Assembly (NCBI GenBank): GCA_913030915.1
Contig: CAJWEW010000002.1
Coordinates: forward strand, 5,906-69,905
From: an uncultured Rhodobiaceae bacterium
GTDB lineage: Bacteria; Pseudomonadota; Alphaproteobacteria; Rhizobiales; TMED25
DNA: 64,000 nucleotides
Reading direction: 5' to 3'
Positions 1-11,413 of this stretch are shown here, one piece after another (the first letter of the stretch is position 1; each line of letters starts with the position of its first letter). The notes beneath the pieces are model-generated. The model was given only the letters and a program-made list of their open reading frames with translations, did not search any database and was not told where the DNA came from. The translations under genes and the position numbers were made by a program.

Positions 1-399
1 AGCTTGATTAATAAGTATTACATTATTTCCAATTGAGCAGTCATGTGCGACATGCGAGCCAACCATAAGAAAACAATTATCGCCAACTTTTGTCAGAGAG
101 TTGCCCGCTTTTGTCCCTAAATGTATTGTGACATGCTCACGGATTACACAATTTTTACCTATCTCAATATATGTGATCTCATCTTTATACTTATAGTCTT
201 GGGGGATCATTCCAATTGTTGCATTAGGGTATATATTTGCATTATCTTGAATTTTTGTGTGCCCATCAATGACGACATGTGGATAGATATTAATATTATC
301 ACCCAAAACAACATTTCTTCCGATGTAAGAAAATGCACCAATAGTTGTATTATTACCTATTATGGCACCATCTTCAATTATAGCCGAGGGATGTATCAT
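1..399 (-). CDS. lpxA: UDP-N-acetylglucosamine O-acyltransferase (5' part; runs off the window edge)
   Basis: Not in the ORF track. ATG at 399, 1 nt after the fabZ stop, reads MIHPSAIIEDGAIIGNNTTIG...IREHVTIHLGT...FLMVGSHVAHDC. Hexapeptide repeats and the HVAHDC motif; canonical lpxD-fabZ-lpxA order. Confidence 0.95.
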   Translation of the reverse strand, partial: MIHPSAIIEDGAIIGNNTTIGAFSYIGRNVVLGDNINIYPHVVIDGHTKIQDNANIYPNATIGMIPQDYKYKDEITYIEIGKNCVIREHVTIHLGTKAGNSLTKVGDNCFLMVGSHVAHDCSIGNNVILINQA

Positions 400-400
400 T

Positions 401-877
401 CTATTTACCTGCCTCTATCATAGCACTTATTTCAGCTTCTGCGACAAGACTACCAAGCACATATGCCTCACCCTTATATTTCCAAACGTTTGCTCTTTTT
501 CTTATAATTTTTAAATGGTAATAGAGTATATCCCCGGGTATGACTGGCTTTCTGAAACGAGCTTTATCAATGGTCATAAAGAAAATATTTGGTATTTTTG
601 TATTATATTTTAGCATGCACATGACAGCAGCAGTTTGGGCCATACCTTCAATTTGTAATACTCCCGGCATTATTGGATTGTCAGGAAAATGCCCTTGAAA
701 AAATGGTTCATTTATTGTTACATTTTTTACCCCAATACCATATTCATCACCATTCATCTCAACGATCTTATCGACGAGTAAAAATGGGTATGCATGCGGA
801 ATTAATTTCTTAATCACATTTATATCAGCTGTTTGAGGATTGTCATTCATAGTATAAGTTTTCATTTTTGCTTCCAA
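401..877 (-). CDS. fabZ: 3-hydroxyacyl-ACP dehydratase FabZ
   Basis: LIPHAYPFLLVD and EPFFQGHFP..PIMPGVLQIEGMAQ motifs. The true start may be the ATG at 865 or 850. Confidence 0.96.
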   Translation of the reverse strand: MEAKMKTYTMNDNPQTADINVIKKLIPHAYPFLLVDKIVEMNGDEYGIGVKNVTINEPFFQGHFPDNPIMPGVLQIEGMAQTAAVMCMLKYNTKIPNIFFMTIDKARFRKPVIPGDILYYHLKIIRKRANVWKYKGEAYVLGSLVAEAEISAMIEAGK

Positions 878-920
878 TTGGCCTTCGTAACTTATAGCAC
901 ATCAATAACCCAATTTATAT

Positions 921-1943
921 TTATTTTCTTGCTATTCTTGAGATAGTTTTTATTTCACTTAGATATGATTCAAGCTTCCTTGCAGGGTTTCCAGCTACTC
1001 TCTGATTTGATGAGATACTGTGCATAACACCTGAGCCCGCCCCAATTTGTACATTATCACCAATTTTTCTATGTTGCTTGATGCCCGACTGGCCACCAAT
1101 CATCACATTATTTCCAATACTGACACTGCCTGATATACCAACCTGACCGGCAATAGCACAATTTTGACCAATTGTAACGTTATGAGCAATCTGGACAAGG
1201 TTATCAACCTTAGTTCCCTCACCAATAATGGTATCGTTTAGTGATCCTCTATCAATGGTTGTATTTGATCCGATTTCGACGTTGTCTTGGATAATGACAC
1301 GGCCAATATGTGGAAATTTCTTAAAACCTGCATCACCTAAAGCATACCCAAAACCGTCCTGACCAATCCGAACACCAGGATGTATTATTACATTATTACC
1401 CAGTATACAATGTTGAAGCGTACAATTTGAACCAATGAGTGCATTGTGGCCTATCATAACATTGCTTCCGATCGTTGTATTTGAGTCGATGGAAGAATTA
1501 TCTCCTATTACAACGCCACTTTTAATGACAGCCCCTGGCTTAATTTGAGTGTTTTCTCCAAGAATTAAATCGGATGCGACATATGATAAATCACTGATTT
1601 GACTTGTGATACCGTCATCAATATCTTCATAAAACAACTTTATGACATCTATAATTGTATATTCAGGATTCTCTACTACAATTGGCACGACGTTTTCTGG
1701 CAGAACATCTATTAAATTCGTTGTAATTAAGCATGCTGCAGCTCTAATATTACTGACACCATTGAGGTAATTCTTATTTCCTAAATATGTAATGTCTTTT
1801 GAAGAGGCATTCTGTATTGTGGAGACGCCTTCAATAAGTTTGTCATCTATGTTTCCTGGTACTTTTTGATTAGGTAATACTTTGTTTAGAATCTCACTTA
1901 TTCTAAAAGGACCATTATTATGTGCAGAGAATGCATCTTTCAT
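921..1943 (-). CDS. lpxD: UDP-3-O-(3-hydroxyacyl)glucosamine N-acyltransferase
   Basis: Hexapeptide repeats; [18 protein letters not shown] and [12 protein letters not shown] motifs. Confidence 0.96.
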   Translation of the reverse strand: MKDAFSAHNNGPFRISEILNKVLPNQKVPGNIDDKLIEGVSTIQNASSKDITYLGNKNYLNGVSNIRAAACLITTNLIDVLPENVVPIVVENPEYTIIDVIKLFYEDIDDGITSQISDLSYVASDLILGENTQIKPGAVIKSGVVIGDNSSIDSNTTIGSNVMIGHNALIGSNCTLQHCILGNNVIIHPGVRIGQDGFGYALGDAGFKKFPHIGRVIIQDNVEIGSNTTIDRGSLNDTIIGEGTKVDNLVQIAHNVTIGQNCAIAGQVGISGSVSIGNNVMIGGQSGIKQHRKIGDNVQIGAGSGVMHSISSNQRVAGNPARKLESYLSEIKTISRIARK

Positions 1944-1989
1944 ATAAATACCAATAGATTAATAAATACTTTATGGAAGTTTATACAAT

Positions 1990-4281
1990 TTAGAAGTTTG
2001 TGCCACCAGAAAATTGGAAAAACTCAGTTTTATCGAATGTTTCCTTATCAATGGCTTCCGTAATATCAAATCTTAATGGGCCGACAGGGGAGTCCCAAAA
2101 GATGGATGCGCCAATTGATGTCCGAAATGAGTTAGAGTCATTTATATCAGATGGATCTAAATCCGAGTCAAATAATGAACCAGCATTGAGGTGAATCCCG
2201 CCTTTTACACCATACTCGTTTGTCAAGGAACCAAATGGAAAGGTTAACTCAGCTGAGGTAGAAATGTATGTATTACCACCAACGGATTCTTCATCACTAC
2301 TCTCATTTTCCGTGAACCTTGGACTGATACCGCTTGGTGCGAAACCCTTTAAAATAGTACCGGGGTTACGGAAAGCATCTGAAATTAAAACGTCTTGATC
2401 ATCTAATCCAAAAATGTGTCCCATGTTCATCGATATGGAACCAACGAGACTATTTGTAAAATCTTTATAATAATTTCCAGATACTTCAGTTCTCAAATAC
2501 TTTACGTCGCCACCAAGACCCGCTAAATCTTGACTAAAGTCTATGAGTGTACCGTTAGTTGGCGAAATCATATTATCTAGTGTGTTGTATCGAAGGGAAT
2601 AGCCAAATTCAGAAATGTTTCTTGTGCCTTCAAGCTGAGTGAGAGCAGCGCTTGAATTTGCTGGCACGTCATATACCTCATTATTAGTATATTTATATTT
2701 AGTAACTAAATGTAAATCTTCGGATAATGGAAATCCGAATCTGAGCCCAGCGCCAATTTCTTTATTTTTGTATCCCGATTCTTCAGTTAAATCTGTTTCA
2801 TTTCCAAAGATATCTATACCTGCTGAAACATCAGAGCTCAAAAAGGATGGTTCCGTAAATTGAATATTCACTAGACTTTGATCACCCCCGAGACTGAATT
2901 GCGTCGCAATTCTCTGGCCTTTTCCTAGTAAATTATCTTCTTTTATGTAAACACTCCCCACAAATCCCGCGACGCTTGAGTAACCTGCCCCAAACATGAG
3001 AGATCCTGTAGGTTTTTCACTAACTGCTATTTGTATCACTTTCTTATCTGGAGCTGAGCCATTTACGGTATTTAGCTTCACATCGGAGAAAAAATTAAGG
3101 CCTCTAAGATTTCTCATTGACTCGTTAAGGTATGTCTGATTAAGTGCGTCCCCTTCAGAGATTTTTAGCTCTCTGCGTATTACGTAATCGTACGTTCTTT
3201 GGTTACCAGATATTTCTATACGCTCCACGTATAACGGTGGGCCATTTTCTAATATGTAGGTCAAATTTACTGTTTTTGTGTTATCATTGATCTCTTCAAT
3301 TACATCAACTGTTGCAAAAGGATTGCCATTTGCTTTCATAAAATCAACAAGATTAGTTTTATTTAAGTTTATTTCTGACTCGTCATAATAATTATTTACA
3401 TTTGTTGTAATTAAACTCGCAACTGATGATGTATATGCGTCATCTAGTTGATTTGATATTGAAACATCACCAAACTGATATCTATCACCCTCGTCTACAG
3501 TAAATGTAATCACAAAGTTACCTGAACTATTATTCAACTCCCCAATAGCATTTGTAACATTGAAATTAATATATCCATTATCTCTGTAGAATTGACTCAA
3601 TAGCTCTTTGTCATACTCCATTATGGCATTATCATAAGATCTTCCCGTTCCCCATATCTTATCAATCCAAGAACTTCTTGAGGTTGAAATTACACTTCTT
3701 AATACTCTGTCTGAATAGCTCTTGTTTCCAATAAAGTTTATATCAGTAATTTTTGTTATTGATCCTTCATTAATCTCATAAACCAGATCAATCCTATTAA
3801 AATCTAATTTGATTATTTTAGGTTCGACAATCACACTATATCTACCGGCTGATCTGTAAGAGCTTATAATTGTTGAAATATCTTCTTCTAGTTTATTCTT
3901 TGAGAATGTCGAGCGTGCATTCAAAGATACAAGATCTCTTAATGAGTCATCATTTATTGCTTTATTACCTTCAAAGGCAACCTGATTAATGAGGAAATTT
4001 TCTTGTACTGTTATAACTAACCTCGAATTATCATAATTAATCTGCACATCAGAAAATAACTCTGTTTCATATAGGTCTCTGAGAGCTTCATCGACCTCGG
4101 CTTGATTGTAAGCGCTACCGACGCTCAATTTTGCATAATTAAGTATTGTATTTTCATCAATCCTATTATTGCCAGTAACATCAATTCTACTGATTAGATG
4201 ATTGTTGGCATGCAGATCTGACGCAAAGACAAAGAATGCGAAAAAAGTAATAAAAACAGAATTATATAAAAAAGTTCTCAT
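1990..4281 (-). CDS. bamA: Outer membrane protein assembly factor BamA
   Basis: Signal peptide, POTRA repeats (GNNRI, GNKAI, GNKSY, GNQRTYDYVIRRE) and a barrel ending in Phe; lies between rseP and lpxD. Confidence 0.96.
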   Translation of the reverse strand: MRTFLYNSVFITFFAFFVFASDLHANNHLISRIDVTGNNRIDENTILNYAKLSVGSAYNQAEVDEALRDLYETELFSDVQINYDNSRLVITVQENFLINQVAFEGNKAINDDSLRDLVSLNARSTFSKNKLEEDISTIISSYRSAGRYSVIVEPKIIKLDFNRIDLVYEINEGSITKITDINFIGNKSYSDRVLRSVISTSRSSWIDKIWGTGRSYDNAIMEYDKELLSQFYRDNGYINFNVTNAIGELNNSSGNFVITFTVDEGDRYQFGDVSISNQLDDAYTSSVASLITTNVNNYYDESEINLNKTNLVDFMKANGNPFATVDVIEEINDNTKTVNLTYILENGPPLYVERIEISGNQRTYDYVIRRELKISEGDALNQTYLNESMRNLRGLNFFSDVKLNTVNGSAPDKKVIQIAVSEKPTGSLMFGAGYSSVAGFVGSVYIKEDNLLGKGQRIATQFSLGGDQSLVNIQFTEPSFLSSDVSAGIDIFGNETDLTEESGYKNKEIGAGLRFGFPLSEDLHLVTKYKYTNNEVYDVPANSSAALTQLEGTRNISEFGYSLRYNTLDNMISPTNGTLIDFSQDLAGLGGDVKYLRTEVSGNYYKDFTNSLVGSISMNMGHIFGLDDQDVLISDAFRNPGTILKGFAPSGISPRFTENESSDEESVGGNTYISTSAELTFPFGSLTNEYGVKGGIHLNAGSLFDSDLDPSDINDSNSFRTSIGASIFWDSPVGPLRFDITEAIDKETFDKTEFFQFSGGTNF

Positions 4282-4326
4282 AATATTATTTTTGTTAAAT
4301 TTACAACGTTATTATATATAATTTTA

Positions 4327-5448
4327 TTAAAATATATTTAAAAAATTCAAATCATTCCATAAAGCAAAAAACATTAAAAAGATTATAAACCCTAATCCAA
4401 TCTTATGGGATAATTCAAATGACCTTTCACTTAAGGGTTTCCCCCTAATAGCTTCTATCAAATAGAACATTAAATGCCCTCCATCAAGCATTGGAATTGG
4501 GAAAAGGTTAATAAGCCCAATACTTACAGATAATAATGCTGTTAGTTGTAATAGTGGCATGATACCATTTTTTGCAACATCGCCTGAAATTTGAGCAATA
4601 CGAATAGGACCACCCAAATTCTCAGTAGACTCAGCTCCAATAACCATCTTGTAGATATAGCTTAGGGATAAATGAATTATTTGATACGTATCGTTTATGC
4701 CATACCCTACTGCCCGGATCACTGACATCTTCTCATTTACGATATTTTTTTCGAGTGTGCCGCCCCCTATACCAATATAAAATACCTCCCCTGATTTCTT
4801 TTCTGGGTTCAAATATCTTATTTCAGGTGTCAGGTCTATATTAATATAACTTCCATTTCTTAATATACCAAATTGGAGTTCATCAGTCTTTTTTTCTTGA
4901 ATTATACGCGGTATGTCGCCAAATTTAGTAACCGACTCTTCATCAATAGAAATTATGACATCATCAATCTTGAGTCCTCCATCCATTGCAGGGCTGGACT
5001 CTTCAATACTCTCTATTACGGGTAGTATAGTTGTTTTCCCATTAACCGAATATAGAAAAGTAAATATAACTAAGGCTAGGATAAAATTTGCGATTGGGCC
5101 CGCTGAAACAATTGATGACCTTTGGAATATTGATTTTGAGTGAAAGCCATTTTCAGATAATTTATTCGCATCTGCTTTGCTTGCAGGGTCTGCGTCATCA
5201 ACAAATTTTACATAGCCCCCCAGCGGAATCCAACATATTTTCCATTTAGTTCCCTTTTTATCATAAGTACTAAAAATTTCCTTACCAAAACCCACTGAAA
5301 ATGCTTCAACATCAACCTTGTTAAGCCGCGCAATTACAAAATGCCCGAGCTCATGGAAAAAAACAACTACCGTCAAAACAAATAAGAAAGGTATAGTATA
5401 TATTAGAAAATTATATGACAAGCTTGAAAAATTCACCAAATCTAACAT
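4327..5448 (-). CDS. rseP: RIP metalloprotease RseP
   Basis: FFHELGH zinc motif, PDZ domain, NLFPIPMLDGG. Confidence 0.96.
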   Translation of the reverse strand: MLDLVNFSSLSYNFLIYTIPFLFVLTVVVFFHELGHFVIARLNKVDVEAFSVGFGKEIFSTYDKKGTKWKICWIPLGGYVKFVDDADPASKADANKLSENGFHSKSIFQRSSIVSAGPIANFILALVIFTFLYSVNGKTTILPVIESIEESSPAMDGGLKIDDVIISIDEESVTKFGDIPRIIQEKKTDELQFGILRNGSYINIDLTPEIRYLNPEKKSGEVFYIGIGGGTLEKNIVNEKMSVIRAVGYGINDTYQIIHLSLSYIYKMVIGAESTENLGGPIRIAQISGDVAKNGIMPLLQLTALLSVSIGLINLFPIPMLDGGHLMFYLIEAIRGKPLSERSFELSHKIGLGFIIFLMFFALWNDLNFLNIF

Positions 5449-5453
5449 TTTAA

Positions 5454-6617
5454 TTACAAAGCCTCATCTATAATGGTTGATGCAAAATCTTTTGCTTTTT
5501 GATTTAATAATAATATATGCTCGATATTATTTTTTAAAACCTTTTGCTTAATTTTTTTACTATGATCAAGCGACTTCTTAATGACTTTAAATATATCTAA
5601 GAATGAAATTTTCTTGGACATGAAGTTTTCAACCGCAACTTCACTTGCCGCATTGTAAGTAATAATAGAACCCACCCCATTATCAATAGCCTCTCTAGCC
5701 ATTGTAATTGTAGGGAATTTTTCATTATCGAGATCGCAGAAGGTTAGATTTTTAATGTCAGATGTCTCCAGATTCCCAAATATTGGTGCATTTTCGCTAT
5801 CAAATATTGCATCACTAATGGGTATTCTCATATCTGCTTTAGACATCAAAGATAGGGTTGTTCCGTCATACATCGATACCATGGCATGTATAAGAGACTG
5901 CGGATGAACCATTATTGTTATATTTTTATGACTCATATCAAATAAATATGTGGCCTCAATTAATTCTAAGCCTTTATTGATTAGCGCTGATGAGTCGATT
6001 GTAATTTTTTTACCCATATCCCATGTTGGATGCTTTAATGCATCCTCCAATGTTACATTTTCCAAATCTTCAATACTTGTATTGAGAAACGGCCCTCCTG
6101 ATGCAGTAAGTATGATGCTTTTTGGATTTTTGTAATTTGTATAATTTAGAAGCTTATGAATTGCATTATGTTCGGAGTCAACTGGTACAATATTTGTGGA
6201 TTTATTTATTTTTTTATCAAACAATAAACTACCAGCAACAACAATTGACTCCTTGTTTGCGATCGCAAGCCTCTCGGTGCTGTTAATAGCTTGATAGGTA
6301 GGTTCAATTCCAGCACTTCCAGATATTGCTGATAGAACAACATCCGATGATTTTGATGCTATTTCATTAATTTCATCAGGCCCTGCTTTTATTTCTATTT
6401 CAGTCCCAAATAAGTTGTCCTTCAGCTCTCCATACATTTGGGTGTCTGAAATTACCGCATACCTTGGTTTAAATTTTAGGCATTGGCTTGATAATGTATT
6501 AACATCCTTACCCGCAACTAATGCTAACATTGAGAATTTATCTTCTATTGTGGGAATTGATAAAGCGCTGATACCAATTGATCCGGTGGATCCCAATATT
6601 GTCAAATTTTTCTTCAA
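5454..6617 (-). CDS. dxr: 1-deoxy-D-xylulose-5-phosphate reductoisomerase
   Basis: GSTGSIG, ANKES, PVDSEH, TASGGPF, HPTWDMG and NKGLE motifs; TTG start. Confidence 0.95.
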   Translation of the reverse strand: MKKNLTILGSTGSIGISALSIPTIEDKFSMLALVAGKDVNTLSSQCLKFKPRYAVISDTQMYGELKDNLFGTEIEIKAGPDEINEIASKSSDVVLSAISGSAGIEPTYQAINSTERLAIANKESIVVAGSLLFDKKINKSTNIVPVDSEHNAIHKLLNYTNYKNPKSIILTASGGPFLNTSIEDLENVTLEDALKHPTWDMGKKITIDSSALINKGLELIEATYLFDMSHKNITIMVHPQSLIHAMVSMYDGTTLSLMSKADMRIPISDAIFDSENAPIFGNLETSDIKNLTFCDLDNEKFPTITMAREAIDNGVGSIITYNAASEVAVENFMSKKISFLDIFKVIKKSLDHSKKIKQKVLKNNIEHILLLNQKAKDFASTIIDEAL

Positions 6618-6618
6618 C

Positions 6619-7446
6619 TTACCTCCAAAAATATAAAATATTCTCGTAGCTATTATTGCTAGCTATTTGATCTAAAATTATAAAAAATAACCCGACACCA
6701 ATTATGCTGTCCATTCTATCTAGCAGCCCGCCGTGACCAGGAAGAAAATTACTTGAATTTTTCACGTTAAAATTTCTTTTAAAATAGGACCCCAGCAGAT
6801 CACCTAAAATAGCCCCAAGCGCCATAATCAAAATGAAGACGTAGATAATACTATTATTAAAATCCACTCCAGAGATTAGTGTCAGAAAATAAAAAAAGAT
6901 AGCTGGCGTCAGGAAGGCAAATAGCGTTCCTTCAAATGTCTTATTTGGTGATATATTTGGAAAAATCTTCTTTCTGCCAAGCAGCTGCCCACCGAAATAG
7001 CCAAAACTATCTGAAATAACAGCAATCATTATTACAAGAAAAAATGATATTAGACCGTCTGTTGGATTACCTTGCAATCTTATTTGGTAAAATACAAAAA
7101 AACTTAAATAAGAATAACCTATGATTGCGAAGAACCAATTATTACCCCTATCAAACAATTTAATTAAAACATACCCAACGACTAAAGCCGCCACACAAAT
7201 ACTTGTGGCAATATCTGGAACGATTTTTAAGATGTACAATGAAATACAGAGAGAAGATAAATATATCAATGCAGTAACTTTTCTTTTCGGAATGTTTATT
7301 ATGGTTATTAGCTCGAAAAAAAATACTGTTGAGACACAGATAAGAGCAATTTTAAAATAAATTCCCCCCATATATATAGGTAAAATAAAAATTGGTAAAA
7401 TTAACAGTGCCGTTTTAAATCGTAATTTTAAATTATCAACATCCAT
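6619..7446 (-). CDS. cdsA: Phosphatidate cytidylyltransferase
   Basis: Polytopic membrane protein with ISPNKTFEG and KRNFNVKNS...LPGHGGLLDRMDS. Confidence 0.95.
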   Translation of the reverse strand: MDVDNLKLRFKTALLILPIFILPIYMGGIYFKIALICVSTVFFFELITIINIPKRKVTALIYLSSLCISLYILKIVPDIATSICVAALVVGYVLIKLFDRGNNWFFAIIGYSYLSFFVFYQIRLQGNPTDGLISFFLVIMIAVISDSFGYFGGQLLGRKKIFPNISPNKTFEGTLFAFLTPAIFFYFLTLISGVDFNNSIIYVFILIMALGAILGDLLGSYFKRNFNVKNSSNFLPGHGGLLDRMDSIIGVGLFFIILDQIASNNSYENILYFWR

Positions 7447-7454
7447 TGCTCAAT

Positions 7455-8198
7455 TCACACTCTCTTATTCGGAGTGTTCCTTCCATATCTTCTCTCTCGT
7501 TGAGAATACTGTTCCAGTGCATTGTGGAAATGGTCAACGTTAAAGTCGGGCCAAAACGTATCTGTAAATATAAATTCAGAGTATGCACATTGCCATAATA
7601 AAAAATTACTCAACCTCATCTCGCCACTTGTTCTGATTATTAGATCCGGGTCAGGTATATTTGCTGTGTCTAAATATTCACTCATTAAATCATTGTTGAT
7701 CATATCGGTTGATATTTTTGCCAGTTGGACATCATTAAGTATTTTCTTCATTGCTCTGATTATCTCGTCCCTACCGCTGTAATTAAATGCAGCAATAAGC
7801 TGCATACCATTGTTAAAGCATGTTTTTTCTTGGACCATTTTGATTATTCTTTTTTGTGGTTTCGCGAGCGTATCCATATCACCTATCACGGATACTCTGA
7901 TATTACTTGAAATTATCTCATCAAGATATTCACTCTCAAAACTTTCCATAAGATCCATTAAATTTGAAATTTCTGATGGATCCCTTTTCCAGTTTTCCTT
8001 GCTGAAACTGAATAGTGTTAGGTATTTAATGTTAAAATTGGCAGCAGCTTTGGCTATCAAAACAAGTGTTTCTATACCTTTACGATGACCATCTTCATCC
8101 TGCAACTCCCTACCTCTTGCCCATCTTCTATTCCCATCTAGAATTATAGCAACATGATCAGGCAAGTTTGTGATTTCACTCATGGTAACTAATTTCAA
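7455..8198 (-). CDS. uppS: Undecaprenyl diphosphate synthase
   Basis: HVAIILDGNRRWA, FSKENWKR, DPDLIIRTSGEMRLSNFLLWQ. Confidence 0.97.
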   Translation of the reverse strand: MKLVTMSEITNLPDHVAIILDGNRRWARGRELQDEDGHRKGIETLVLIAKAAANFNIKYLTLFSFSKENWKRDPSEISNLMDLMESFESEYLDEIISSNIRVSVIGDMDTLAKPQKRIIKMVQEKTCFNNGMQLIAAFNYSGRDEIIRAMKKILNDVQLAKISTDMINNDLMSEYLDTANIPDPDLIIRTSGEMRLSNFLLWQCAYSEFIFTDTFWPDFNVDHFHNALEQYSQRERRYGRNTPNKRV

Positions 8199-8207
8199 TG
8201 AAAGATA

Positions 8208-8768
8208 TTAAACGTTCATAATTTCAGCAGTCTTTTTTTGAAGCGTCTCATCAATCTCCTTTATGGCGGAGTCTGTGATATTTTGAATATCATTACCATA
8301 ATTTTTTTGGTCATCCTTACTGATATCACTGCTTTTTTCAAGCTTCTTTAGTGTATCCATTCCATCCCTTCGAACGTTTCTGACTGCGATACGAGCATTT
8401 TCTGCGTATTTACTTGCGACCTTGCAGAGCTCCTCTCTTCTTTCCAAGTTCAGTTCTGGAATAGGGATTCTAATTAATTGCCCATCCATATTTGGATTTA
8501 AACCTAATCCTGCCTCACGTATTGCTTTATCAATAGCCTCTGCTTGTGATTTATCCCAAACTTGCACTGATAATGTGCGTGGATCAGGAATGCTTACAGT
8601 GGCAAGTTGATTTAAAGGCATCTTTGAACCATACACTTCGACAACAACGGGGTCCAATAAACTTGCTGAAGCACGTCCCGTTCTCAAACCCGAAAACTCT
8701 CCTTTTAGCGAGTTTATAGCACCGTCCATTCGTCGTGAAAAATCTTGTAAATTAAATTCATCTATCAT
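8208..8768 (-). CDS. frr: Ribosome recycling factor
   Basis: [31 protein letters not shown]. Confidence 0.97.
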   Translation of the reverse strand: MIDEFNLQDFSRRMDGAINSLKGEFSGLRTGRASASLLDPVVVEVYGSKMPLNQLATVSIPDPRTLSVQVWDKSQAEAIDKAIREAGLGLNPNMDGQLIRIPIPELNLERREELCKVASKYAENARIAVRNVRRDGMDTLKKLEKSSDISKDDQKNYGNDIQNITDSAIKEIDETLQKKTAEIMNV

Positions 8769-8777
8769 TTCGGCACC

Positions 8778-9491
8778 CTAATTAGAAATAATTGTAAATT
8801 CTGCTTTTTTTTCTATGACCTTTTTTAACTCGTCTCTCTTCTTTATGGAAAACACAATTATCGGTAAATCTGCTTCCTCTGCCATTATAATTGATGTCAT
8901 ATCCATAATCCTTAGGTTGTTATTTATAACATAATTATAATCTAATTTTGTAAATTTCTTAGCTTTTGAATACTTTTCTGGGTCTTTATCATATACCCCA
9001 TCCACTTTTGTTCCCTTCAGAAGAACATCACAGTCCAGCTCAAGCGCTCTCAAAACGGCAGTTGTATCGGTTGTAAAATAGGGATTACCAGTTCCTCCAA
9101 CGAGAATTACCAAGTGCCCATGGTTCATAGCCTCTTTTGCCTCTTCATTATCAAATTTTCTTACAACCCCCGGTATAGCAATGGATGAATAAACAATTGA
9201 TTTAATTTGGTTATTTGATAATAGATTTTTTAAAAAAATCCCGTTTATTATTGTACTAAGCATACCCATATGGTCTGCGTTAGTCTTTGTGAGGGCTAAG
9301 CCCCTATGATTGATGCCTCTGATTATATTTCCACCACCAATGACTACTGCAATATTTACTCCAGATTTTTTGACACTAATAATATCATTTATAATTTGTT
9401 TTGATGTTGAATGATCAAAAATATTTTCCGAGTCTCCCGCAAGAATCTCGCCTGAAATTTTAAGTAAGACATTTTTGTATTTTTTTGCCAT
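8778..9491 (-). CDS. pyrH: UMP kinase
   Basis: LLKISGE, VIGGGNIIRG, GTGNPYFTTDT, KVDGVYDKDP. Confidence 0.97.
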   Translation of the reverse strand: MAKKYKNVLLKISGEILAGDSENIFDHSTSKQIINDIISVKKSGVNIAVVIGGGNIIRGINHRGLALTKTNADHMGMLSTIINGIFLKNLLSNNQIKSIVYSSIAIPGVVRKFDNEEAKEAMNHGHLVILVGGTGNPYFTTDTTAVLRALELDCDVLLKGTKVDGVYDKDPEKYSKAKKFTKLDYNYVINNNLRIMDMTSIIMAEEADLPIIVFSIKKRDELKKVIEKKAEFTIISN

Positions 9492-9521
9492 TACTAACCA
9501 CCTAATGAGTAGGATTTTAAA

Positions 9522-10442
9522 TTAATTTTTGTTTATTACTGCCGCGACTTCATCTGCGAAGTCTTCTTCCTTCTTTTCAATACCATCCCCTAGTTGCATT
9601 CTAGTAAAACGTGTAATTACAATATCCTCATTTAACTCACTAGATTTATTTTCAAGCAGTTTTTCTATTTTAGTTTCACCATCTATAACAAAAATTTGAG
9701 ATAATAAAGCATTTTCTTCAGTAAATTTTTTTATTCTACCCTCAACCATTTTTTCGATTATGTTCTCGGGTTTACCACTTTCACGTGCTTGTTCAACCGC
9801 GATTTGCTTTTCCCTCTCAATTAATTCAGGGCTTATTTCGTTTGATGCTAAAGCTAGTGGATTTGTTGCTGCAATATGCATACAGAGACTTTTTCCAAAA
9901 TCAGCTAAATTATCTATGGCAGCTTTGGACCTTATGGCGACTAATACTCCTATTTTACCAAGGGACTCAGCAACAGCATTATGAGTGTAAGAAAATATGT
10001 GCTCATCTTCAATATTTTCATACGTTACAACCCTTCTTAACATAATATTCTCGCCTATTGTTGCAATCTTTTCATTGATTTCTTCAGCAACAGTTCTGCC
10101 AGTATTTTGATACTGCGCACTTTCAAGTTCATCATTATCAATAGAAACCTCAAGTACACCTCTTAATAGGTCTTGAAATTCTTCATTTCTTGCAACAAAA
10201 TCTGTTTCTGAGTTTAACTCAATCATAGCGGCAGAGCCATTCTTAATGAGCGATCCAATTAAGCCTTCTGAGGCAATTCTGTCCGATTTTTTGGCCGCTT
10301 TGGTTATTCCTTTGGCCCTTAACCAATCTATGGAGAGATCTATATTCCCATCGTTTTCAGTAAGCGCTGTTTTACAATCCATCATACCTGCACCACTTTT
10401 TTCTCTGAGCTCTTTAACTAGCCCTGCAGTAATTTCAACCAT
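9522..10442 (-). CDS. tsf: Elongation factor Ts
   Basis: VKELREKSGAGMMDCK, ELNSETDFVARN. Confidence 0.98.
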   Translation of the reverse strand: MVEITAGLVKELREKSGAGMMDCKTALTENDGNIDLSIDWLRAKGITKAAKKSDRIASEGLIGSLIKNGSAAMIELNSETDFVARNEEFQDLLRGVLEVSIDNDELESAQYQNTGRTVAEEINEKIATIGENIMLRRVVTYENIEDEHIFSYTHNAVAESLGKIGVLVAIRSKAAIDNLADFGKSLCMHIAATNPLALASNEISPELIEREKQIAVEQARESGKPENIIEKMVEGRIKKFTEENALLSQIFVIDGETKIEKLLENKSSELNEDIVITRFTRMQLGDGIEKKEEDFADEVAAVINKN

Positions 10443-10477
10443 TTACACTCCTTAATTGCATTTGACGCCAGAGAAAT

Positions 10478-11413
10478 TTAAGACTTTTCAATATTATCTT
10501 CAGTTGGCTCTGGTTTCTTCTTAGTTGATATTCTTTTCTTTTTCTCAACAATCAACTCTTTGTTTTCCTCGGTTGATGTGTCGACCTCGGTGGATTCCTC
10601 GACGGAGTCAACAGGAGGCTCTTCGGTTACACCCTCGTCTTTTGGTTCTTGGTTTAACACCTCCAAATCATCAGATGATACTGGATCAATGCTTTCACCT
10701 TGATCAACAGCATTTTTTGTTTGTGAATTTTCCATACCATCCAAGATTGCGCGCTCTGCCAATGAGCAATATAGCGCAATAGCTCGAGAGGCATCATCGT
10801 TCCCAGGTATTGGATGATCTATATTATCTGGTGTTGAATTTGTATCAAGGATTGCCACAACAGGAATACCAAGTTTATTGGCCTCCAGTATTGCAATCGC
10901 CTCTTTATTTGTATCAATAACAAACAGAATATCTGGTAAGCCCCCCATATCTTTGATGCCACCGATCGCTCTTTCGAGCTTATTATGCTCTCGGGTAAGT
11001 TTTAATACTTCTTTTTTTGTAAGAGCATTTATTTTTTCACTACTTAGCATTTCTTGAAGATCTTTAAATCTTTTAATTGAATTAGAAACTGTTTTCCAAT
11101 TCGTTAAAATACCCGCCATCCATGTATGATTAATATAATACTGTGCTGATTTTTTCGCTGAGTCTGCAACATGCTCTGATGCTTGTCGTTTTGTGCCAAC
11201 AAACAAAATCCTGCCTCCTGACGCAGCTACATCTCTAATCGCGAGAAGCGCTTGATGTAACAATGGTACGGTTTGTGATAAATCAATTATATGGATACCA
11301 TTTCTTTTACCATAAATAAAAGTTTCCATTTTGGGATTCCAGCGTTCTTTTTTATGACCAAAATGAACGCCAGCTTCTAATAGCTCTCTCATTGAGAAAT
11401 CTGGAAGTGACAT
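10478..11413 (-). CDS. rpsB: 30S ribosomal protein S2 with acidic C-terminal extension
   Basis: [27 protein letters not shown]. Start reassigned to the ATG at 11413, which has an AGGAG Shine-Dalgarno at 11421-11425; the track's 11467 start runs through the leader. Confidence 0.97.
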   Translation of the reverse strand: MSLPDFSMRELLEAGVHFGHKKERWNPKMETFIYGKRNGIHIIDLSQTVPLLHQALLAIRDVAASGGRILFVGTKRQASEHVADSAKKSAQYYINHTWMAGILTNWKTVSNSIKRFKDLQEMLSSEKINALTKKEVLKLTREHNKLERAIGGIKDMGGLPDILFVIDTNKEAIAILEANKLGIPVVAILDTNSTPDNIDHPIPGNDDASRAIALYCSLAERAILDGMENSQTKNAVDQGESIDPVSSDDLEVLNQEPKDEGVTEEPPVDSVEESTEVDTSTEENKELIVEKKKRISTKKKPEPTEDNIEKS